A DNA stretch of 62,248 bases, filler included, from Ionaspis alba (GCA_964255285.1; 8 parts of 8 records of this genome joined end to end with filler, not necessarily neighbours in it), one strand, 5' to 3'; positions 36,276 through 49,516 are shown, counted from the first letter of the whole stretch. Made by a program: numbers and translations. Notes: a model not told the origin generated them from the letters alone.

Positions 36276-37996
36276 TCACTGCCCATTGACCTCCTCCCGC
36301 TTCTCGCCTTTTTTGCTTGTAAGCACCTCCTCGGCCGTCCTGACCAGAATATCGAAGGCTCTCCGAATATATTTCTCCTCGGCCATCGGATTTGCGCTGA
36401 CTACACGAATCGCATAGACACCGTTGACGACACTACTGGTAATGAAGATTTCGCCTCTTGAGTTGACAAGCTCGTATACTTCCTTCGTCAGCAAGTTTGC
36501 CTCATCCAACTGCTTGTCGCCTGGATGAAGCGCTGCAAAACCATTGGCCAGGCCGTCCGTGACGCCTACCTCCGAGACACCATTTGTCAATACCTCATGG
36601 TGGCTCTGCGTCTTAGGAAGAATGGTGAACACTGTCAACGCAAATGCTGGAGGTGTAAGCACGTGGAAGAGGTCATTCCGCGAGACGATCAGAGAGTGGA
36701 ACATCTCGCCCAACTTGATGTGATTTCGTATGTGTGACTTCAATCCAGAGACACCATAAGTCCGCATGACAAACCATATCTTCAAGGCACGAAAGCGACG
36801 GCCAAGCGGAATCTGCCAATCCCGGTAGTCGGTGACGAGGCCTGAAGCCGAGAAGTCATTGCGGAGGTAGGACGGAGTGATTGAAAGGGCATCGGTGAGA
36901 TTACGGCGGCGCTTGACAAAGAGAGGGCTATAGCGGGTCAGACGACAGAAGGAGGCATATCGCATAATCAGCACTCAGAGACATACCTGGCATCGAAGTT
37001 CGTGAGCAGCCACTTATGCATATTGATATTGAAGCTGTCGAACGCGGCAAAATGCTCTGTGAGGTGCTGGTACTCTTCACAGACGAGCGCAGCCCCAGCA
37101 TATGCAGCATCAACGTGGACCCAGATGCTAGTGTGGTTACGAATGACATCTGCGATCTCACCGAAGCGGTCAATGGCACAGGTATTAGTAGTTCCGAGTG
37201 TTGTAGACAAGAAGAAAGGCTCCAGGCCTTCCTTCTTGCACTCAGTAAGCACTGACTCCAACGTGGTGCCCGTGATGGCGAGACCGTCTTCTAGAGTGCA
37301 ATGGATGGACTTGTAGCGGACGCCAGCTATCAAAGCCCCTTTAGCCGCGCTACTATGACTTTCTTCACTGCCAATAGCCACGAGCCGACCTCTCATCTCC
37401 CCTTTCTTATGCTCTGCCTCCGCTTCAGAAAGACCTTGGCACACATTCGTGAGGTACCTCTCTCGTGCTGCTACCATACACGTGACAAGCGCCTCACTTG
37501 CACTACCTTGGATCACACCTCCGCCTTCACCATCACTAAGGAAGCAAGACGGCAGATTTAGTAGACCAGCGAGCCAATCAAGCACAATGGTTTCAAGTTC
37601 TGTGACGGCAGGAGAGCAAAGCCAATTGAAAGCAGGAGCAGTGAAAGCAGCAGAGTAGAGCTCGCCAAGCATGCCAGGATAGGTCGAAGATGCAGGATAG
37701 AAGGCCATGAAGTTAGGAGATTGCCAATGTGTGAGACCGGGCATTATCTTGGATTCGATATCTTTCTGGATCTCGTCCCACTTCTCCCCTTGCTCGGGAG
37801 GAGCAGAGGGAAGAAGTTTGCGGAGGTAGCCTGGGGTCACATTGGAAAGGACGCGGCGGTCCTGAATATTTTCGTAATAATCGATGACTACAGTTTGATG
37901 AGCGATGTCTCGGTGATGAAGGAAATCCACCGGGCAGTCTTACATACTCTCGTCTATCGAAGCATGAGCAGCCTTGCGGAACTCGTCTGAATTCAT
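36276..37996 (-). CDS. Aromatic L-amino acid decarboxylase (DDC type)
   Basis: MNSDEFRKAAHASIDE, PGLTHWQSPNFMAFYP, FNWLCSPAVTELE, HVDAAYAG, PLP lysine NMHKWLLTNFD, DYRDWQIPLGRRFRALK. Active-site His (SHSS) and loop Tyr (TPSYLR) retained, which favours decarboxylase over aldehyde synthase. Two introns. Confidence 0.94.
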
Positions 37997-38703
37997 GACT
38001 GTATAACAGATACGGAAGTGAAATTCTTTGACGTATGGGACAATTGCTTAATCGAATCTGATTTATGGACATGAAACTCAACAGATCAAAGCCCTAGATA
38101 CTTCATACATGGAAGTGCAAAGGACTGAATGGAATAATGGACGGGAGGTTGACCTGATTCTAGAAGGGATATATCGGACTCGGAATTGTTTCCGTCACTC
38201 TGAAGTGTCAGCGGGGAATAATTTCCGCCCTCGACCGCATGGTGCTTGACCTCACAAGGTAGACGGTCCTAGGATGTGATAATGTTTTCTATAGATCGCT
38301 TCGAGCCTGAGTAAAATATTCGAGACTATACGGCACTGAAATAAAGCTGCTCCATTGTACTGTCTGAATAACGCCATACTAAAATTGGCAATGAAGTAGT
38401 GGGGTTGCGAAAACAATTCAAATTAACAACCAGGCTGTAATTGCTCCTTCAGAAACACAAATTCATCAGCCCAATCGGAGCTCTTTAGCACAGAAGCACC
38501 CATCTGTTCCCCAGTACCATCGGACGGGGCGTCAAACATCAACTGCGAAGATTACAAATCTTCGGATCTCGCCCTGCATATAACGACCTTCTCCCTCCCC
38601 CTACCCTGAAATCCATTGAACCTCCATTTCCCGTAAATATTTCTCACCCATTTTCTCACAATTCACGATCAAGCATCGCAAACCCCTCATCTATAGTATC
38701 AAG

Positions 38704-38923
38704 ATGTCCCACGCAACCGCCACTGTCAGCGGAAAGACCATTGCCGACGCCTCCAGCTGGGAGACCGTGGAGGGCAATATCTACGTCTGCCTAATCCCTG
38801 CTTTCTGGCTCTAAGCAGAAACTGACTGCTCGCATCTCAGTTTCCACCTTCCTCAGTCGATTCATCGGTCTTCTCAAAGTCCAACACCACAACTGTTTGT
38901 CCCTGGAAGGGGACTGCCTCCTA
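38704..38923 (+). CDS. DUF427 family protein; 3' end cut by spacer
   Basis: MSHATATVSGKTIADASSWETVEGNIY, an intron, then FPPSSV...TTTVCPWKGTASY. Not in the ORF track. Confidence 0.88.
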
Positions 38924-39023
38924 NNNNNNNNNNNNNNNNNNNNNNNNNNNNNNNNNNNNNNNNNNNNTTAATTAATTAANNNNNNNNNNNNNNNNNNNNN
39001 NNNNNNNNNNNNNNNNNNNNNNN
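38924..39023. other. Artificial scaffold-joining spacer
   Basis: 44 N + TTAATTAATTAA + 44 N. Confidence 0.98.
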
Positions 39024-40282
39024 ATAGCACATGATAGATGGTTCCGTGAACGCAGCGGATTTATTGCTTGGTCTGCAATTCTCAAAGGTATGCTGCAGAT
39101 AGCTGCCGTTGCTGTTGCCGTTGGCTCTTGGTCGTAGATTAATGCAACACCATAATTGCAAACAATCCAGTCTAGAAGAACAAGCAGCGAAAGTGGTAGT
39201 CTTCACCCAAAAAGCATGATACACAGCATAAAGATGTGGCTTTCACCGTTGTTCTCCTCATCTCCTATAGCCACGATACAGCATGACTTTCTTCCATATC
39301 AACAACAGTAACTCATATTGTCCTGCTTCTTGTACAACGACCAATCTATCGTCAACAGCTAGTCAAACTGCTGCTCTGTATTGCGGTCTCAGAAGCCCGA
39401 ACCACATGCCCGTCGAACCGCCATTGCCATCGTCACTAACATCATTGACTAGCTTGAACATTATCCCAGACTGATCAACAACATCCGTGGTTTCTCGTTA
39501 CTCTGCTGGAGCAGACCGGCATCAAGGCCGTCAAGTCTATCACCAACATTCGATTCTTCCCCTTCCACAACTTCGAGCACACGTACCGCATTCAGTATTT
39601 CAGTCGTGACCGTTGTTGTAAGCTTGACAAACATCCTCGTTCTCGTCTCGTTTGTCCGCTGCCCTTCGAAACCCAACTGGCCCTCACGACACCGTCACCA
39701 CAAGGCCACGGTTCTCGGGCCTCTGAGTGCAAAAGCTGCTTGAATGCGTATTCAGGGCATAAATCTCATACCAGAGTTCTCCATGAAACTTGTAATGAAA
39801 GTTGATGGCGAACAGCTTGACGTTAGTAGGACGGACGCGGTGCTCGCGACTGTGGCCGGTGGAGTTGCTAGATGGGAGCCAGGGAAAAAGGAGGCTGGAT
39901 AACAAGCGGCAGGGGGGACTTCGATGATTATTTCACAGACTTCTGCGATTGGTTAGAGGTGCTCAAATATTCGAATAATCGTCTACGGTGACGGCCATCC
40001 AGTCCGATACTAAGCGATCAACCTCAGAATTGCCCTGTGATCAGCTACATCAACTGTAACGAGTTAACATAAAGCCCTGGGAGCTTACGCCATGTGGCCT
40101 CCGACGGCTGATGCCAAACCACCAGGTGCAAAGGAGATAGTATTTTCGGGTATCGCCATGGAGAAGCTAGCTTTTGTCATTAGCAGCCACGTTGATTGAG
40201 TGCTACCGTCCCATATTTACCAACACCAAGGCTATGCGTGCAGGTCATAACATTTACACATAGAAAAACAAACAACAAACTT

Positions 40283-40983
40283 TCATCCCACAGCTCCAGC
40301 CTTCCTAACCTTCCTATCATTCGCCCTCTGCTTCCTCTCATTCCTTCTAACTTTCTCAACCCTGTCCCTTCTTCCCTCCCCTCGTACTGTCTTCCCTTCA
40401 CCCTTCGACTGCATCTCCTTCTCCTTCTTGTCGTCAACTTCCACCAGCCAATCGCCCTCACCGTCTTTATTCCTACCCTTGTAGCCCCATTTGGGAACCC
40501 ACTCGCCTTTCTCCTCGTCGTAGACCATCTTACCCTCGCCTTTCTTCTTGTCCTTGATACCCTTCTTCTTGGCGAATTTTTCCCATTTGGTTTCTTGTTT
40601 CTCCGCTGGCAGTGGTTTTTCTCTTGGCATTGGAGTAGAGGTTGGGGGCAAAGAGAGCAAGACACCGTCGGTAGGGTGCGAAGTTATGGAGCAGCTCGTG
40701 AGGAGTTGATTGATGAGGGCTTGAGCGCAGTCGCGAGCTGCGGAGCATAGTTGCGTATCGGTGGGTTTAGAGGGAAGAGGGTTACCATCGTTGCAGAGGA
40801 GGTTGCCGAGGTCGAAAGTGTAGGGGATGGGTTTTGTGACAGTGACTTGGCTGTGATTGTGCGTTTAGTTCATGGTGCTAGAAAAGAGCTGTAAAGTCGG
40901 GAAAGTGCCTACAGGCGTTCCGGTTTGGTCGGCACACCGTTAGAGGATGGAGCCTGCGTATCTGATCCTATGATTGAAGTCAT
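40283..40983 (-). CDS. RRS1: Ribosome biogenesis regulatory protein Rrs1
   Basis: VTKPIPYTFDLGNLL, ARDCAQALINQLL, MPREKPLP..TKWEKFAKKKGI, EWVPKWGYKG. Intron 40851-40912. Confidence 0.94.
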
Positions 40984-41175
40984 TTTGAGTCTTTCGTTCA
41001 GCTGTTGAGATTGTTCTTAAGCCTTCAACTGGGGCGGAAGTTGTGAAATAACCGCGGGATTTGAAGAATTTCGAGAGCTGCTTTAACCAAGATGCTGCAC
41101 GCCTTTCAAGCGGCATTGCATCCTGAATTCTGAAAGATGCTCATAGTCTCTAATTTCCTTGTACGTACGACAACG

Positions 41176-42742
41176 ATGTCTAAACAGACATGCTGGAGGT
41201 GTTTCTGCCGAGTTTCAGTAGGGTCTGATCTTTCACCTTCGATCTCTCATCATTCTCGACGCCTTCCGATCACTCTACAACAATGCACGGCGTTTTCTAC
41301 AACAGCTCGCTCTATGGTCGCACCTAGAACAAAAGTGGCACCTCCCAAACGAGGGGTAAAGACAACATTCACAGTGAGAAAAAAGAAAAGGAGTATTGAG
41401 TCCAAAGGTCGTCCTCCTGCGCCCGGTGAGCGGAAGGCTCTGCGAAAAAGGATTGTCCTCAGCAACACCAATGCCCTGGAAGTCGCTGGAATGGTAAACC
41501 TCACTGCTGAATCGCTGGTCAAGGAAGGACTCCAAGGAGAAGTGTTGGGTATACCGGGCGCTGTGGTGGATCAATTGAGAGCTGTGGAAGCTTTCAAAGT
41601 GTCTCAAGGATGGGGACTATTTAGAAGACCTGGCATGCTCTTCAGGAGGGAAACTTTGGAGTACGGGAAGCTCTTCAACGAATTGACTGAGAAGCAGAAC
41701 AAGACAGTAAGAAGGATAATTGTCGGGGAACGAGGAAGTGGAAAGAGTATGATGCTTTTGCAAGCTATGACCATGGCTTTCCTAAAGAATTGGGTTGTTA
41801 TCAGTCTCCCAGAAGGTACGTTGTTTGCTGCCAAAGTTCAATATACTCAATCTGACCCAACCAGCCATGGATCTTGTCATCGGCCATACAGACTACGCTC
41901 CCCTTCAAGGCTCTTCGCCTCCACAGTACATTCAGAAATCCTACACAGCAAAGCTCCTCGATGCCATAGCCAGAGCGAATCCGATCCTCTCCACCCTCCA
42001 ACTTTCAGGTGCACATCAACACAACCTCCCGGTTCCGCTCCAAGAAAACGTCTCGCTCGACCGTCTCGCTCTACAGGGTGCGGCCGACCCGGAAATCGCA
42101 TGGCCAATCTTCACGGCTCTCTGGACTGAGCTCACAACTCCATCCAGCGCCAAGATTCCTCGACCGAGGATACTTCTCACCATGGACGGACTGGGACATG
42201 CCATGAAGCCTTCAGCTTACACGTCGCCACAATTCTCACCCATCCACGCTCATGACTTCACGCTCGTGAAATGGTTTATGGATAACCTCTCCGGGAGTTC
42301 GACTGTGCCAAACGGTGGCATGATCCTTGCCGCTACTGCTGAATCCAACCACCCTAATGTTCCAATTCTAGTACTAAAGCTTGCGCAACTTGAAGCCCAG
42401 CAGGAGTTGACGAAGCAGAAATCTCAGGTTTCGACGACTACTTTGATGCAGCCCTTCCTCGATGCGACAGGTCAATCACATAACCCTATACCCCAAGTCG
42501 ATCCATTCACGAAATACGATCCTCGTGTGCTGGAGGTGCTGGGTCGGGAAGGAAGCGGGATTGAGATCCAGAGACTCAAGGGATTGAGCAAGGAAGAGGC
42601 AAGGGGATTGATGGAGTATTGGGCTAAGAGTGGGGTGATGAGGCAGACTATCAGTGAGGGACTCGTGGGCGAGAAGTGGACCGTCAGTGGAGGGGGTGTG
42701 GTGGGGGAGTTGGAGAGAGGATGTATTAGGATGAGAGTGTAA
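41176..42742 (+). CDS. RSM23: Mitochondrial ribosomal protein mS29 (Rsm23/DAP3)
   Basis: Presequence-like N-terminus, PAPGERKALRKRIVLSNTNALEV, LRAVEAFK..QGWGLF, P-loop GERGSGKS, EARGLMEYWAKSG, KWTVSGGGVVGELER. Intron 41816-41864. Confidence 0.9.
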
Positions 42743-43513
42743 GCATCAATGGTATGCCTATCCAATAAGAAGATATGTTGTACATTGTGTATATGTTATG
42801 GACTTTGTACTCTTCTGGTGCGAGTCAGTGGAGCGAAACTCCTCTGTTGAAGCTATTCCGATCCTTCGAAGATCAAGTCCCATTAACGTGGCATGTCCTC
42901 TTTGTCAGAAGTCTCGCGCCTTGAAGTATGAGATCATAAATGACGCGGAAGTCTAGTTGTAATTGCCATATCTCGGAGGGTTAGAATACTAACCCGGCGA
43001 CCTTCATAAATTCATGTTCCATGTTGGCAAATTCTGGCCAACTCTAGTGAAAGTGTATTTGAGAAAATAACCTGCTGATGCTCAGAGTCTTCGACAATTA
43101 TTTACCCTGTCACTGATCGACTGTGCAGCTGATGCGCGTTGTCACGGGAGGACTACAGGTATGTGTGGCCGCGACCCCTAGCCCCTATCTCCTATCCCAA
43201 CCCTGATAGGTCGTCGCGTGCACAATTTCATAAACACGCCAAGCACACCCCCGAAACCGGCAAATGGACAAATCTCAAACACTTCCACTTGAACCAACAA
43301 CCACAAATCACAACCTTAAACGCCTCCTTCCTTTACCCCCCCGTGTCCCTCCTTCCAACCCCGTCATTATTCGACCTTCTCACCAACCGTCTACGAGTCC
43401 AAAGCCGAGAGGTCGCCTATGGCCCGCTATAACCAACAAAGTGCAGACAACAAACAATTGTCTCCACCGCCATCTCCAACTATCTCTTGCGCCTTGATCA
43501 ATCAATCCTAGCT

Positions 43514-45114
43514 ATGGTGTCCTTTTCCTGCGAGGTACTAATGCGCCGCTCTCCTGCCGTTTCCCCATACCCTTACCCCTCTGTCCAGTCGGTCGGGCAC
43601 GAATGCAGCTTCAAACCAATCACTGACAATCATGGCTGTCGTGCTACAGAGCTGCGGCGACGTCCTGACCAAGAAAAAATTGGATTCGCATCGTGGGCAA
43701 TGTCGGGGCGCTTCATTCACTTGTCTCGATTGCATGACCCATTTTAGGGGAACGGATTATAAGTCACATACAGTACGTCCTTTCCGAAGGGCATACAGGC
43801 ATACGGCGTTTTGGAGTGGTGCGGGAATGAAATGAATATTATTTGGCGGTTCTATGTACTGTGACTGACATCCTCTTGACATAGTCATGCATTTCCGAGG
43901 CACAAAAATATCAGGGAGCATTGTACAAGGAGAAACCTTCCAAGATTAAGAAAAGCGTCACCATCGCAGAATCCACCCCTCTTCCACCACGCAAAGCGTA
44001 TGTCGAAGACGTGCCTGACAGAGACCTCGATGGTTCCATTGCTCTCGTCGATGCTCCTCCCGCTGCTCCCACCCCACCGTCCGCCGTCCCTGCAAAGCCT
44101 GTGAATGTCTTCGATTTCCTCGTGGCAGAAGAAACTCCAAATGCGTCTCGAGTATCGCTCGGAGGCTCCAACGAGCAGATGCGAATGGTGGACCATGCTC
44201 CGTCGGTCTTCGAGCCGGGACGACAGCCTATGCTAGAAGGACCAGAAGACGACCAAATCCACGACTACGACCAAAACGGTTTCTCCTACGGCACTGACCC
44301 AGTCCGAGCAGCCAACATCACCTCTTACCAGACACCCGCCCCCAAATCTCGCCACCAGAACGGCGCCCATGACCCTGTCCACGAACTTTCCGCAAATTCC
44401 ACTACCCGCTCGACCGACAAAAAACGCAAGCGTCAAATCGAAGACCTCGACCTAACACAAGCCCGACGACCCAGTCAAGAACTCGACGAAGACATGCCCG
44501 ACGGATCCTCCGACCCACCGATCCTACACTCTGGCCTGACCGGCGGACTGAATCGCCTTCTCTCGAAACCGCACTTCCCGCCATCACCCTCGTATTCTGG
44601 TGGCGACGCCAAACCCCCAATAATCCACACCATCACACCTGCCAACCGCACACGCTCTACCGGAGAAAAAGACAAGGAGAAAGCCCGTGGCCGAGCCACT
44701 GCTTCTTCCGCGTTGGTCAGAGTCCGCAAAGTGCGGCGTACCTCAGATGAAAGCAGGCCGAGGAAGCATCACCGCTCGCACAAGCATGGTCATGTCGAGC
44801 ATGTCTCTGAGAAGCCCAAGAAAGTGCTAAAGAGCATTGAATATCCACAATCCCATTCCCAGTCCACCAATAGCCATGAGGACTCGCAGAATCAGCTTGT
44901 TGTATTTAGAACCAGGGCCGAGCTGTTTATGTCGTTTGTGACTAAAGGGCCGGAAAGCGAGAGCGGATGTAGTTTGAACAAGGCTTTGAAGAGGTATCAC
45001 CGGGAGAGGGGTGAGAGAGGGCTGGGGTTGGGGAAGCAGGAGGAAGAGAAGGAGTTGTGGAAGAGTTTAAGGCTGAGGAGGAATGAGAGGGGGGAAATTG
45101 TGCTGATTTGTTAA
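43514..45114 (+). CDS. LYAR-type C2HC zinc-finger nucleolar protein
   Basis: MVSFSCE, SCGDVLTKKKLDSHRGQCRGASFTCLDCM..YKSHT, SCISEAQKYQGALY joined across introns 43535-43649 and 43773-43884. Confidence 0.92.
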
Positions 45115-45507
45115 TTTGGCTGGACGATACTTGGGCCAAGCGATGGCGTGGCATGAATATTGTGGGAAGCTGACCACAAGGAGGTTCTTCTTTCTTGGTG
45201 TGATTATAGTGGGCTATTATGAGGAAGGTTTGTCTGGTAGGCATGGTGTTGCTGATACCCCTTTGGATTGGGGAGGACCTTGTTGTTTGCGATTTCTTGG
45301 CTTTCGCAAGCTTGCATCAGCGTTGCATTTACTGTATATTGGGACGGCATGATGGTTTCCCTGTTTCGTCTGCTTTTACGAAGATAATGTGCACTGGCTG
45401 CACTTAATGAGCATTATGTTTGAAAGATCCTACTCGGGAACTCTCCATCTGTTTTTGGTTGATCTATCCTAAGACGTCGCTGTATGACTTTTCGTCGTCA
45501 ATCATCC

Positions 45508-46705
45508 TCAAGGCAGTTTATCCACACTCCCATTCAATCCGTTCACTCCTCCCTTCGCGCCGACGTGCTCATCAGCACCAAGCACCTCCTTTGCTTCCTC
45601 CACAAAAGACAACCATCCAAAATCATCCTTAATCTTCCCCTGTTGAATTCCCTTCAACGTCGTCAAAAGCTTCACGCAGACCTCGCCGGGCTCTTCACTA
45701 CCACCATTATACACAAACTTATCTCCCCTCGACCTCATCGTAATACTCTTGATAGGCACCAATGCCGCCGCCGTCCCCGCCGCCAACACCTCCTTGAACT
45801 CCGGCAGCTCGTCATATTTAATTGATCGACGCTCGACCTTCCAACCAAAGCTCCTCGCAATTTCACATGCACTATCAGACGTAACACTCTTAATAACATT
45901 CCTACTATCGGGTACCACAATCGTGACCCCTCCCCCATCATCCTTCTTCACACCAATAAACCCACTCGTCGAAAACTCATCCACCTCACTCCTGGTCCTG
46001 CTATCCAAATGCAACGTAATGCCAAATCCCTCCGTCTTCGCCTTCTCACTCCACCTAAGCACAGGCGCATAATTCCCGCCAATCTTAGCACTCCCAGTCC
46101 CCTCCGGCGCCGCCCGATCAAACTCCTCCAGGATAAGCGCATCAATAGGATGAACCCCATGATAAACCCCTACAGGCAGCACAAACACACAAAACGTGTA
46201 TTCCTCGGGCGGATTCAACCCCAGCTGCGCCGAGCTGCCGAATAGCAAGGGCCGGACATACATTGCCGCGCCGGTGCTGGCCGGGGGCACGTAAGCGGCA
46301 TTTAGCGCTACTGCTTTATGGACGCAGTCGAGGAACAGCTCCTCAGGGACGGGTGGAATGGAGATGTAAGAGGCGGAATGCGCCATGCGGGCAGCGTTCA
46401 GGGAGGGCCGGAAAATGGCGATGCGGTTCTCGGGCGTCCGGAACGCTTTGATGCCTTCGTAGGCTTGCTGGCCATAGTTTAGAGCGGGGGCGAGGCCGTG
46501 CAGGGAGAGGTACGGGGAGGAGACGAAGGTGGGGGTGCTCCAGCGAGAGGTTGAGACGGAGTAGTGGGATTCGATGTGGCCGTTCACTTCGCGGACTTTG
46601 AAACCGATGTTGGTCCAGTCTGTGGAGGATGTTAGTGTATTTTGGTGGTGCTTAGGGAGTGGTGAGGGTACCGATTGTGTCGACTGGAGGTGGAGGAAAT
46701 GACAT
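45508..46705 (-). CDS. Branched-chain amino acid aminotransferase (class IV PLP)
   Basis: MSFPPPPVDTI, one short intron, then DWTNIGFKVREVNGH, LNYGQQAYEGIKAFR, YVRPLLFG, PLP lysine AKIGGNY, EFSTSG, GTAAALVPI. Confidence 0.93.
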
Positions 46706-46713
46706 GGTGAGAG

Positions 46714-46813
46714 NNNNNNNNNNNNNNNNNNNNNNNNNNNNNNNNNNNNNNNNNNNNTTAATTAATTAANNNNNNNNNNNNNNNNNNNNNNNNNNNNNNN
46801 NNNNNNNNNNNNN
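46714..46813. other. Artificial scaffold-joining spacer
   Basis: 44 N + TTAATTAATTAA + 44 N. Confidence 0.98.
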
Positions 46814-46940
46814 TCGCTTGATTTCAGAGCTTGACGCGACATTTTGTCGAACACCTAGGACGAGACCATAGGTGTTGCGACGAAGGATGCCGCAACTTCA
46901 AATTGTGTCCTCGTCCTAGACTTTACGTTCCTGTGAGATT

Positions 46941-48146
46941 ATGGGCTCTCTCGCCCCCTCAATACCCGCCTGCACGCGGCATTGCCTACGCCAATCTTCC
47001 TCCCACTTCTCCCATTTCCGGTGCTTCACAACCTCGCCAGTTCGCCCAACAAAAGGTAGTTTCTCCTCTCATCTTTACTCCATCTACATAGCTCACATTT
47101 ATGTAGATGTTCTCCCCACTTTTTCTCCAACCTCCGATCCAGCCCTCGACGCCCTCCTGACCACCTTCCGGCAAAACATCTTCCTACCCTCCCTCCTCCT
47201 CCGCAGTCAGCGTGCGCTTATCTACCAGCGCTCAAAACAGCACCATCTCCTCGGCGAAGACCCCGTAACCGTCAGCCTACCGACCAAAACCTCGTCCCAG
47301 GATCCCGCACCAGAGACGTTCACGCTAACGCCCCTGGATCGTCAAAAGGATGAGCCCAAAAGCCGGAAAACCTTTCACAAGGTCCTGAGCTTGATAAAGG
47401 AGAAACGGGATTGGGACGTTGTACCATCTTTCTTGAAGGGTTTGAAGATCAGTGGAAGGGTTGTGGATGGAAACATGCAAGAGAAGCTTATAAGAAAGGC
47501 GGCTGAGGCGGGCAGGATGGGTTTAGTGATCGAGCTGCTAAGGGAGGGAGAGAAGACGGGGGTGGGGATTGACAGTGTAGGTGTGGCTAGAGAGGTGATG
47601 TGGGGTGCGTTGTCGTCGGCGATCACGAGCGGGTGGAGTAAAGAAGACGTGAAGAAGGCAACGACCCACGCTGTACTTGTTCTTGAGCTGATGGAAGATC
47701 CGAATCTGGGCGTCGGAAAGGGCGTGAGAGATAAGATGGATCCGCGGAAAAGGCCAGAGGTTTTGGCAATTGTTATGGGTTTGAAAGTTTTCGACGGTGC
47801 GCAAGAGAAAGAGGTAGAGGCGTGGGCGAAGAGGGTGTTGCAAACATTAGAAAATGCGGACACGGGGGTCGAAAAACGGGACTGGAGAGATGCTAATGAC
47901 AAGTTGATGATGTGGACCCCTGTCAGGTGGGGAATGAAGATGGCGCTGAACGTACTTACGGAAGAAGGAGGACTTCGACGTAGGATCGAGACGGCCTTGA
48001 ATGGGGACGTGCAGTCAACAGTTGAGAAGGCCTTGAGGGTTGTGAGAGACTTTTCGCCTGAGGGAAGGAGGAGGGGAGTTTTACTGTACAATGATCTGGA
48101 GAAGAGCGAGGGTTTGAGCATACATGGGGGAGCTAGAGAAGATTAG
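46941..48146 (+). CDS. Hypothetical helical protein, probably mitochondrial
   Basis: 401-codon ORF with an R/S-rich, acid-free N-terminus ending RCFTTSPVR. Probable 51-nt in-frame intron 47056-47106. Confidence 0.7.
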   Translation: MGSLAPSIPACTRHCLRQSSSHFSHFRCFTTSPVRPTKGSFSSHLYSIYIAHIYVDVLPTFSPTSDPALDALLTTFRQNIFLPSLLLRSQRALIYQRSKQHHLLGEDPVTVSLPTKTSSQDPAPETFTLTPLDRQKDEPKSRKTFHKVLSLIKEKRDWDVVPSFLKGLKISGRVVDGNMQEKLIRKAAEAGRMGLVIELLREGEKTGVGIDSVGVAREVMWGALSSAITSGWSKEDVKKATTHAVLVLELMEDPNLGVGKGVRDKMDPRKRPEVLAIVMGLKVFDGAQEKEVEAWAKRVLQTLENADTGVEKRDWRDANDKLMMWTPVRWGMKMALNVLTEEGGLRRRIETALNGDVQSTVEKALRVVRDFSPEGRRRGVLLYNDLEKSEGLSIHGGARED

Positions 48147-48314
48147 TTGTTACTAGCAACGCAACATCTCTGCTTCGAAGCAGCTATCTAATCAATCCAC
48201 AGCCAGGCGGCTGACTCCACATTGATGGCCTGACCACCCTACATTTTTTAACCACATGAGCATCCTCTTCCGCTCTGTCTGATCCAACCGGACATCTTTC
48301 AGTCGCAACACTCT

Positions 48315-49416
48315 TCATATCTTTACGTTTTCAGCGACATCATTCCTAGTAAGAATTCTCGTGGAAGTTTCATCGAGCAACCTTGCCATCTCCTCGTTAC
48401 TCCAATCCATTCTTGAACCACACATAATGACATCAAGCGCCATTCTCGCTCTTTCTTCTGCTTCCCCTTGCTCAAGGAGCGTAGACTCTTCAGCCTGTTC
48501 CCATTCCTCGAAAGGAATCTCCCTCTCTAGTTGCACTTCAACGTCGCACTTTTCAGTCTTTCTACACACAAATGTCTGATGGATTTCACGAGGGTTGGAC
48601 CAGAACGTGCCTACATGAGTCGTACCACACGCCCAGCAAAGCTTCCTTTGCCATCTTGTACGCTCTGCCAGAAGCCCAAATATCTCATGATAGGTGTTTC
48701 CGAGACCTGTGCAATGAGACAGGAGCGCTCCAGCAGCAAGGGCATTGTGGTCCTAGTTCTACATTAGCATGGCAATTCGGGCTCGGAAGAGGGTACTCCT
48801 CACACAAGGGTCATGTAGAGCAAGAGGCCCGTCAGATGGATCCCACGTCTTTTGCTCAGCCCAGCAGAAAGGGGGCAGACCGAGGCATAAGCGACACTTG
48901 CTGAGAAGTTCAGTGAAGCTGGCAAACTGAAGCCGAACATGCATGGTACTATGGTGTTGCTGAGCAATGAGAGCCCAAAGAGCGATGAGAGCAACTCTTG
49001 CATGGCGGCCTAGTGGTGAGGGCCCGACACACCCTCGCAATAGATAGTACACGTCATGACGATCTTCTGCGTTGGGCCCAGCATCAAGCTTGACGCATCT
49101 CATCCTTGCCAGTGGGGAGGAAGAGAAGGTGGCTGAATCGTGAAGGCATTTGAAGAGAGGAGAGAAGTACAAGACTTCTGGAGACAGTTTGAAGCAGTTG
49201 ATGGTGAGGAAAATAGCAAATGCCTCCCGGTAGATTTGCTTGCTCACGCAGAAGAGGGAGGTGTCAAACATCTTAGGCATTGTTCCGCTTGCAGAGGATT
49301 TGAAGAAAGACCCGCATCAGAGTGTGAGTACATTGTCCGCGACCAGAGAGAAGGAGAAAATGCGATTGCGAAGCTCGGGTGGATGAAGGAGTAGAGGGAA
49401 TGATGTGGAGGCAGCC
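48315..49416 (-). pseudogene. Decayed F-box-like fungal protein
   Basis: FPLLLHPPELRNRIFSFSL..VLTL*CGS (TGA 49317-49319) continues in frame into TSLFCVSKQIYREAFAIFLTINCF. Further in-frame stops at 48759-48761 and downstream. 5' part hidden by gap. Confidence 0.65.
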
Positions 49417-49516
49417 NNNNNNNNNNNNNNNNNNNNNNNNNNNNNNNNNNNNNNNNNNNNNNNNNNNNNNNNNNNNNNNNNNNNNNNNNNNNNNNNNNNN
49501 NNNNNNNNNNNNNNNN
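49417..49516. other. Intra-scaffold 100-N gap
   Basis: 100 N without linker. Confidence 0.97.

Noticed and set aside
39024..40200. Adjacent short minus-strand ORFs (39461-39905)
   Set aside because: Different frames, no ATG start and no family motif.
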